Below, one piece after another: positions 57,734 through 64,000 of a stretch of 64,000 nt of DNA. The stretch lies in the IMG/VR virus record IMGVR_UViG_3300029822_000004, positions 1 to 64,000 of that record; one strand, given 5' to 3'. This DNA comes from a virus. The notes under the pieces are model-generated. The model saw only the letters and a program-made list of their open reading frames with translations, did no database searches and was not told the DNA's origin. The position numbers and the translations under genes are program-made. How positions within the stretch are numbered: position 1 is the first letter of the stretch; each line of letters opens with the position of its first letter.

Positions 57734-60700
57734 TTACCTCACTACGATTGAACTACCAGACCTAAGCGTACTATATATGTTCTCTACCGTTGTTGCCAGT
57801 CCTGCTTGACGGTATTGCTGTGACATAATATAGGCATCCAGCGCACGAGCAACTCCGGCCTGAGCATTTGCCGCATTCTTGAAGTTAAGGGCTTCTGGCA
57901 CCGCTCCTGTGGGCATGGTGGGCGATCCAAGCAATCTTTCAGGCGGGGCCAGTCTTGCCATGAAGTTAATGCTGTGATAGAGCGACGTGGCAGTCAAATC
58001 ACCACGTGGGTCTTTCATGCCAGAGAGGGATTGTACACCACCCATGATACCTTGCTGATTCATATCACGGGCGAAATCCATACTCTTTGCGAAACTCCTT
58101 GTTGCTAGTGTTGCCTTGTCAAGATTGGTCGCAAACTCAGCGATGTCTGTTGGTGTAAAGATGCTGTTTTCTCCATTGGCTTGGTAGTCTTGGACAGCTT
58201 TGTTATATAGCTTTTTGGCTTCCATCTCTATATTCTTAAGCATTGCTTGCTGTATCTTACGATAGGCTACACCACCGATCTTGCCCATTTCCTTCCCTAT
58301 GTCAGCGCGCTCCATCTGCATTTGGAAGATACCGATGCGTTGGCCTGCGATGCTCTTTTCATAGTTGGCTTGTTGATCACGTGCGTCATTGAAGGCTTTT
58401 TCTGCCGCTTCTTGCTTTTTCCTTTTGGTTTCAAGGTCTGCGGCTTTGTTAGGATCAGCAGGAGCCGCATCCACAGCCGCTTGTGCCGCCTGTAATTCCT
58501 TTTGCGCTTCCAAAAAGATATCTTGAGCTTTTTTGAGATTCTCGCTAGGTGCGGCACGGCCCGTCCTCAAGTCCTTTTGTGCAGCCGCCAACGCCGCTTC
58601 CGCATCCTTGACAGCCTTTCGCAGCTCTGGATTTTCTTCTGCGGTTGCTAATTCAGCGCGCTTTTCATCCAATGTCTTTTTGGCGTCAGCAATCCTTTTC
58701 TGAGCGGCCCTTTCAGCTTCCTCTGCCTTGGCTTGGTCATTGAGTGCGCGGCCCAAGTTGTTCTGTGTGTCCTTATTCGGATTGAGATCATAGGCCTTCT
58801 GTGCTCTTGCTACCTCCAGCTTGCGTTGTGCAATAAGATTACGTGCCTCGCCGCGTTCTCCTTGTGCAGCGTCATATTCGGCTTCTGCATCTTTTACAGC
58901 GGTTTCGGCGGCAAAGCGTGGATCATTCTTCATAGCATCTCTAGCTTTGGCCAACTCCTCCTGTTTAATCTTCACGTTGTCCTCAAGCATGGAGCGTTCG
59001 TTGAGTTGTTCTTCCCTCAGCCTCTTTTGCGCTTCGTACAGTATTTCTTTTCTCCTCTTAAGCCAAAAGCGCTGTTCTTCGGTGCCTTTAGACCCCTCTA
59101 GCTCTTCACTTGCAGTAGCCAATTCGCTTCGCGCAGTATCAAGACTCTTTGCAGCCGTACGTCTAGCAGTTTCTGTAAATCTTAGTTGTCGCGCGCCCAA
59201 ACGAATATCCGCACGACCAAGAAGTGCCGGACTCAACCCGCTTGCCCGTTCTGCTGCTTCCAATATGGTTCTTCCGAGATTTGCCTGCCACTTTGCTAGA
59301 GAATCGTACACGCCCTTTTCTGCGGTGCTCATCTTTGCAAAAGCCGCATTTAGCCGATCCTTTGCGGCAGACATATTGGACTCAAGCTCCGCGCCCTTCA
59401 TGCCTTTGTCTGTCCACTCTTTCAGTTGGCGATTGTACTCTTCTCTGATCAGGTCTAGAGTCTCCCTTGCCTTGCCGTAGGCACCCTGCGCCCTATCCAT
59501 TGCGGCCTCAGTGAAGTTCTCAGAACCAAAGCCCTCATATTGGTCAATCATCTCAAGACCAAAGTCCCGCATGGCGTTATCAAAATTTTCTTGGTACTCA
59601 TCTAGCTTGTTTACAAATTTTATTCTCTGCTCATCGGTAGTACTCTTTGCCTCGACATTTTTCAGGGCTTTTTCTATATCAAAGATTTCCCCCGCATCAA
59701 CGGCACCAAATTCGGCACCGGTAATGATGTCCTTGACCACTTGTTGTTGGTACTTGCTATAACCACCAAGTCCGGCTGCCTCAAAATCACCGGCTTTCAC
59801 ATTGGTATAGAGCTTCCCAAAGTCGTCACCTGTAACGGCTTTCTGTAACATTTGTATGGCGTCTGAGCGCTCTTTTATGCGTTGCTCTTTCTCCTCGTTC
59901 CTGAACCTTGTAGCGTCTGACTTACCATATGCCATCGCTTCTGCAAATGATATTGGTTCGTCTTTTCTTAGTTCCTTTATCTCCTGTTCTTTTGTATACC
60001 TATCTATTGCGCTGCCAATCACCGCTGTACGAGATGGAGTTGCAATGCTAAGTGGCGCAGTTTTCATCCGTTCGCGGAACTCTTCTAGATCTTTTTTAGC
60101 CTTATCTACAGCCTCTTGCGCCAGCTTAAGTTGCTCACTACGTTCTTCAGCCGGTGTGGTGCGCTGATTGATGAGGTCGCGGTACTCATTGTTGATTGCA
60201 ATTCTGGTTTCTTCATCTGGTGCGCTGGCTATGCGCTTCTGGAGCTCCATCCTCTCCACGACATTCAGTTTCGGGCCTGTGGGGTTGGCAAGGTCTCTCT
60301 CAATTATCCGTGTTGCGTTGGATGCCTGTGCTTGCATGCCTTCTGCTGTCTGCTGTGCACGCATAACACCAGCGCCAGTCCATCTATCGGACACCTTATC
60401 AGATACGCCAAATCTCGCATCTAGTGCCTTACCAAACTGATAGCCCATCTGTGCAACTTGGATAGCGAGCAAGACATTGAACGCCTTCTCCATGCCCGTA
60501 TCGCCTAGGCTGAATTTCTTGGCCGTGCCGCCAACGCCACCAACACCACCAACTCCGGGCATCCCTGCTGTGGCGTTGGTTATGCTCTTAGCTATATCGC
60601 CCGTGTTCTTGATCTTGATGCCATCTTTATCCAACCTGCCAAGGAGTTTAGCTGCGTCATATTCTCCAAGATGTGTAATTGGAGCGTCTTTGCCTGTAAG

Positions 60701-63181
60701 ATTGGCTACAGCATCTTTGCCAAGGACTTTAGATACGTCATCACTACTCAACGCACTGAAGTTATGTGATCTACCAAAGAAGCTAATACGCTTGCCAGTA
60801 TAGCTGTCCTGTGTACCGACTGGATAAGTGGAAAACGGCCCAGGATGGTCTGGTATTCGTTGCTTTAGTCTGCTGGCAGGTATTTTTGGCCCAGTGAATC
60901 CATCATATAGTGCAGAACTACCACCAACAACCGCTGGGGCGAGCATAAAAGAAGCAGACGATCTCCATGGTATCTTTGTTCCAGTTGGCTGTGGTGTCGC
61001 GCTTGTCGGCGCGGTGCTGATGTTCGTTACGTTAGTAAATCCAGCATCAAGACTAGTAGCACCGCCACCAGATACGGGAGCAGGAAAGATGGTATTGACA
61101 AAGCGGCCCTTGGAATCCCTTTGCGTGTACCTCTTGTTATTTACAGCTTTAGGTTCAGGGCCAGCACCAAAGAAGAACTCACGCTCTAGCTGATTCTCGT
61201 AGCTGTAATTTGGTATGGCCTTGTTGACATAATCTCTGTATAGCCTGTCCTCGTAGTTGCCATAACTACCGGCAGCATCAGACACTCTTGGCGATGCCGC
61301 ATTGCTTCTTGCCGTTGCGGGAGTAACTGGTTTGCTGGTAGGGGTAGATGTTGGGCCGCCGGTAAGCATTGCCCTTGATGTTTGCAATAGCGCAATCTGC
61401 TGTGTGAGCGCATGATTCGTAGCGGTTATGGACGCCGTATGGGCAGCATATCCGGCATTGACAAGCGCCTGCTCAACACGGATAGCTGCTAGGTTGGATA
61501 AGGTTAGCTTCAGGCCTAGATTAGTAGATGTTACAGCACTGCCAGCGGCGGTCATTTCGGTAGTGATGACAGCGGCGAGCTTGGACACGTCACTGAGTGC
61601 AGTCTTTAGTCCAGTAACCGCCGTTGTAAATCCAGACGCAGCGGCCTTTGCAATGTTTATTTTATCGTCAAGGGTAATGACTTCGGTGGCGATGGCCTTT
61701 ACTGATGCTTTAATGGACACAAAGGCATCACTAAGACCACGAACAGCCGGACTGACCTGTGTGGTTATAGTCGTGGTCATCCGTTTCAGAGCCGCGTCCG
61801 TAGCATCAATGGCAACAGCATCCTTGGCAAATTTACTTGTTGGCGTTCGTGGTGTCTTTGGCGTTTTACCATCCCCGCCACCCGTAGGCCCGCCAATGTC
61901 CCCACGGATGTTTGCCAAGGTGCTGCTTATCTTGGTGAAATGGTCGCTAATGCCTTTGTAAGCCCGCAGAGCGCCCATCAAGTACAGCGTCCAGCGGCTG
62001 AAGTATTTGATTTGTTTGTCCAGCTCTTCGGGTATCCTGGCCGTGGTACCCAGCAGATCATTCACGTCACTAACAAAGTCACCAATGCCCGATGACGAAC
62101 TCCTGAATGACTCAAGCAATGATGAGCCGAATTGCGCTAGGGTGGTGGTGACGACTTCCGTGTCTTTGCCGACGGTGATGAATGCCTTGGTGACTTCGTT
62201 CTTGAAGCGCTCGGTTTCGGCACGCATGGTGTTCATCTGTTTCTTGAACGCCTCTTCAGCGGAACCGGACTTGCCCCTCATCTGATCAAGTACTTCTATG
62301 TATTCATCAAACTGCGTACCGGTCAACGCCAAGACAGCACGGCCAGCTCGGATGTTACCAAACATGGCTTCAAGGGCTTCTACATTGCCACCGACCTTAT
62401 CTCTTAACTCACGCAGTACACCAGCGAGGCCCTTGGTCTGTATGGCTGTCGCGCTTATCTCCACGCCCCACTTTTTGGCGGCGGCTTGGGCTTCCATGGT
62501 TGGTTTGATGATGGCATTGAGCATCTGGTTCAAGCCAATCATGGACTGTGACGCAGATTGGGTACGGCTAAGGATGGCCACGGCTGCAAACAAATCATCA
62601 AGCTCAGTGCCCATAGCGGATGCGGTGGCTGTGACTAAACCGAATGTCCGAGCGAGTTCATCACCGTGTGCCTTACCTTCGCGGACGGTAATAAACAAGC
62701 CGTCCATGATGTCTTTGGCGTCTGTGGCGGCTATTCCCCACGCATTCATGATGGTGGTCATTGCGTCGCCGGTAGATACAATGTCAGCACGAATTACGTT
62801 AGCAGTCTTGCCGATGATTTCAGTAAGATCTGCTATCTCTTTGTTCGTGCCATCAATACCAGACGAGAATACCTCATACATGGTATTGGCTGAACCCAGG
62901 GCGGTGCTTATGCGGCTGTCAATATCAAGAAGGAGCTTGTCTACATTTTCAAGAGGCTGACCAGAAATAGCGCCAATGTCCGCGACGGCTTGGTAGAACT
63001 TTCCAGCCGCATCTGCTGCTCTGGCGAACGTTCCAGCAACGCCAGCCATACCAAGATATTGCTTGGCGGTATCATATATGAGCGCAAAGGAATCTGCCGA
63101 TTTCTTGGCAGCGTTGTCCATGGCGCTGTTGAATCCACTTGGATCTGCATTGAGCGCTACGCCTAAGTTGAAATCAGCCAT
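57734..63181 (-). CDS. Tail tape measure protein (TP901-type N-terminus)
   Basis: 1815 aa, Ala-rich helical; TVREGK, IKPT..A, MFGNIRA motifs. Confidence 0.9.
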   Translation of the reverse strand: MADFNLGVALNADPSGFNSAMDNAAKKSADSFALIYDTAKQYLGMAGVAGTFARAADAAGKFYQAVADIGAISGQPLENVDKLLLDIDSRISTALGSANTMYEVFSSGIDGTNKEIADLTEIIGKTANVIRADIVSTGDAMTTIMNAWGIAATDAKDIMDGLFITVREGKAHGDELARTFGLVTATASAMGTELDDLFAAVAILSRTQSASQSMIGLNQMLNAIIKPTMEAQAAAKKWGVEISATAIQTKGLAGVLRELRDKVGGNVEALEAMFGNIRAGRAVLALTGTQFDEYIEVLDQMRGKSGSAEEAFKKQMNTMRAETERFKNEVTKAFITVGKDTEVVTTTLAQFGSSLLESFRSSSSGIGDFVSDVNDLLGTTARIPEELDKQIKYFSRWTLYLMGALRAYKGISDHFTKISSTLANIRGDIGGPTGGGDGKTPKTPRTPTSKFAKDAVAIDATDAALKRMTTTITTQVSPAVRGLSDAFVSIKASVKAIATEVITLDDKINIAKAAASGFTTAVTGLKTALSDVSKLAAVITTEMTAAGSAVTSTNLGLKLTLSNLAAIRVEQALVNAGYAAHTASITATNHALTQQIALLQTSRAMLTGGPTSTPTSKPVTPATARSNAASPRVSDAAGSYGNYEDRLYRDYVNKAIPNYSYENQLEREFFFGAGPEPKAVNNKRYTQRDSKGRFVNTIFPAPVSGGGATSLDAGFTNVTNISTAPTSATPQPTGTKIPWRSSASFMLAPAVVGGSSALYDGFTGPKIPASRLKQRIPDHPGPFSTYPVGTQDSYTGKRISFFGRSHNFSALSSDDVSKVLGKDAVANLTGKDAPITHLGEYDAAKLLGRLDKDGIKIKNTGDIAKSITNATAGMPGVGGVGGVGGTAKKFSLGDTGMEKAFNVLLAIQVAQMGYQFGKALDARFGVSDKVSDRWTGAGVMRAQQTAEGMQAQASNATRIIERDLANPTGPKLNVVERMELQKRIASAPDEETRIAINNEYRDLINQRTTPAEERSEQLKLAQEAVDKAKKDLEEFRERMKTAPLSIATPSRTAVIGSAIDRYTKEQEIKELRKDEPISFAEAMAYGKSDATRFRNEEKEQRIKERSDAIQMLQKAVTGDDFGKLYTNVKAGDFEAAGLGGYSKYQQQVVKDIITGAEFGAVDAGEIFDIEKALKNVEAKSTTDEQRIKFVNKLDEYQENFDNAMRDFGLEMIDQYEGFGSENFTEAAMDRAQGAYGKARETLDLIREEYNRQLKEWTDKGMKGAELESNMSAAKDRLNAAFAKMSTAEKGVYDSLAKWQANLGRTILEAAERASGLSPALLGRADIRLGARQLRFTETARRTAAKSLDTARSELATASEELEGSKGTEEQRFWLKRRKEILYEAQKRLREEQLNERSMLEDNVKIKQEELAKARDAMKNDPRFAAETAVKDAEAEYDAAQGERGEARNLIAQRKLEVARAQKAYDLNPNKDTQNNLGRALNDQAKAEEAERAAQKRIADAKKTLDEKRAELATAEENPELRKAVKDAEAALAAAQKDLRTGRAAPSENLKKAQDIFLEAQKELQAAQAAVDAAPADPNKAADLETKRKKQEAAEKAFNDARDQQANYEKSIAGQRIGIFQMQMERADIGKEMGKIGGVAYRKIQQAMLKNIEMEAKKLYNKAVQDYQANGENSIFTPTDIAEFATNLDKATLATRSFAKSMDFARDMNQQGIMGGVQSLSGMKDPRGDLTATSLYHSINFMARLAPPERLLGSPTMPTGAVPEALNFKNAANAQAGVARALDAYIMSQQYRQAGLATTVENIYSTLRSGSSIVVR

Positions 63182-63479
63182 TACTTTCGCCTCTCATTTT
63201 CTTCAATATCTTTTCTGCGCGCTCGTTGGCCTTGCGCTTGTTTTCTTCCGATAATACCTGCCTCATTGCGTCCTTATCGTCAATTATGGCCTCGGTTTCG
63301 ACTGTCTGCAATCTCTCAATCAATGTCTGGTCGTGCAATGCCGCTGCGCTCACTGTCCCGTCAAGCCTCGTGAGAGTCTTTGCTTTCTGTGCCAGATCAT
63401 ACAGGTACATTACATGACAAAAGGGCGTTGACATCAGTTTATCCATGTCATACGCCCCAAAGTACGTCAAAATTAGCAT
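63174..63479 (-). CDS. Tail assembly chaperone, T part (frameshift extension)
   Basis: In the -1 frame of the upstream ORF, open from the slippery site. Confidence 0.7.
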   Translation of the reverse strand: MLILTYFGAYDMDKLMSTPFCHVMYLYDLAQKAKTLTRLDGTVSAAALHDQTLIERLQTVETEAIIDDKDAMRQVLSEENKRKANERAEKILKKMRGESNG

Positions 63480-63511
63480 CAGTACATACTTGATATCAAG
63501 ATATTGTGGTA

Positions 63512-64000
63512 CTAGTCCGAACTTTTTTTTTCACCTTCAGGCGCTTCAGGGGCATCTTCGGGTTCCTTGAATGCGTCCTTTCCGTAAATCATGCCTTCCA
63601 GAATCTTGAAAGTGGAGGCGTCTTGCTTGGTCTTGAGGACGGATACGATATCATCCATCTTCGGGTACTTCGACATGAACTTATGTGCCAAGTCGGTAAT
63701 CTCATGAGTCTTCTCAATCAGTTTGCCGACCTCGCCTTGCAACTTCATGATAAAGTCTGCCGTGTCGCTGAGGGCCTGGTAGTCCTCATCCTTTGGCGCG
63801 ACATTTTCGTTTTCGAGATAACCATCAGCGAGCTGCTCACACTGCGCCTTGCGGTTTTCCATGCGGGCCACGGTGAGATTCCACTGGTTTTGAATGTTGC
63901 TGAATTGCCGCAGAAGCAAGACTGCCTGTGGGACATCACGCAACGTCAACAACGGTAACTCAACAACTGTATCCTTGTCAAGCTGTATGGTAGCGGATTC
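63512..64000 (-). CDS. Tail assembly chaperone G (5' end beyond window)
   Basis: Upstream of the tape measure gene; ends at a G-A9-G slippery run. Confidence 0.65.
   Translation of the reverse strand, partial: ESATIQLDKDTVVELPLLTLRDVPQAVLLLRQFSNIQNQWNLTVARMENRKAQCEQLADGYLENENVAPKDEDYQALSDTADFIMKLQGEVGKLIEKTHEITDLAHKFMSKYPKMDDIVSVLKTKQDASTFKILEGMIYGKDAFKEPEDAPEAPEGEKKSSD

Noticed and set aside
58247-63254. Numerous plus-strand ORFs opposite the tape measure gene
   Set aside because: Shadow ORFs of an Ala/Glu/Lys-rich gene
1-64000. Stop-codon reassignment
   Set aside because: Conserved genes are intact in code 11 and TAA, TAG and TGA all terminate genes

Overview
A 64-kb segment of a large tailed dsDNA phage, probably siphovirus-like (1815-aa tape measure protein); standard genetic code, no tRNA, rRNA or CRISPR seen. 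Layout: (i) 1-3.9 kb, small minus-strand early-type genes; (ii) 3.9-5.5 kb, a non-coding control region with iteron-like repeats and a mirrored G-rich/AT-rich/C-rich structure; (iii) 5.5-42.8 kb, a plus-strand early/replication block driven by a repeated TTGAAA-N16-TATAGT promoter. It encodes ArdC, a pentapeptide protein, two sigma factors, SNF2 helicase, primase, DnaB, a split PolA, clamp and clamp-loader-like proteins, SSB, 5'-3' exonuclease, RusA, a split SbcCD, methyltransferases and an Aah/TibC-like heptosyltransferase; (iv) 43.7-46.5 kb, sugar-modifying enzymes; (v) 46.5-64 kb, a minus-strand tail module interrupted by an IS607/TnpB element. The strongest novel signals are two unannotated structured RNAs. 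One is a ~250-nt RNA (37293-37542) that reproduces the 23S rRNA L11-binding/GTPase-associated centre, with compensatory changes that include the tertiary base triple, and carries a ~180-nt inserted domain. The other is a ~800-nt highly paired RNA (42856-~43660) with its own promoter-like element. All calls come from reading the sequence; no database searches were run.
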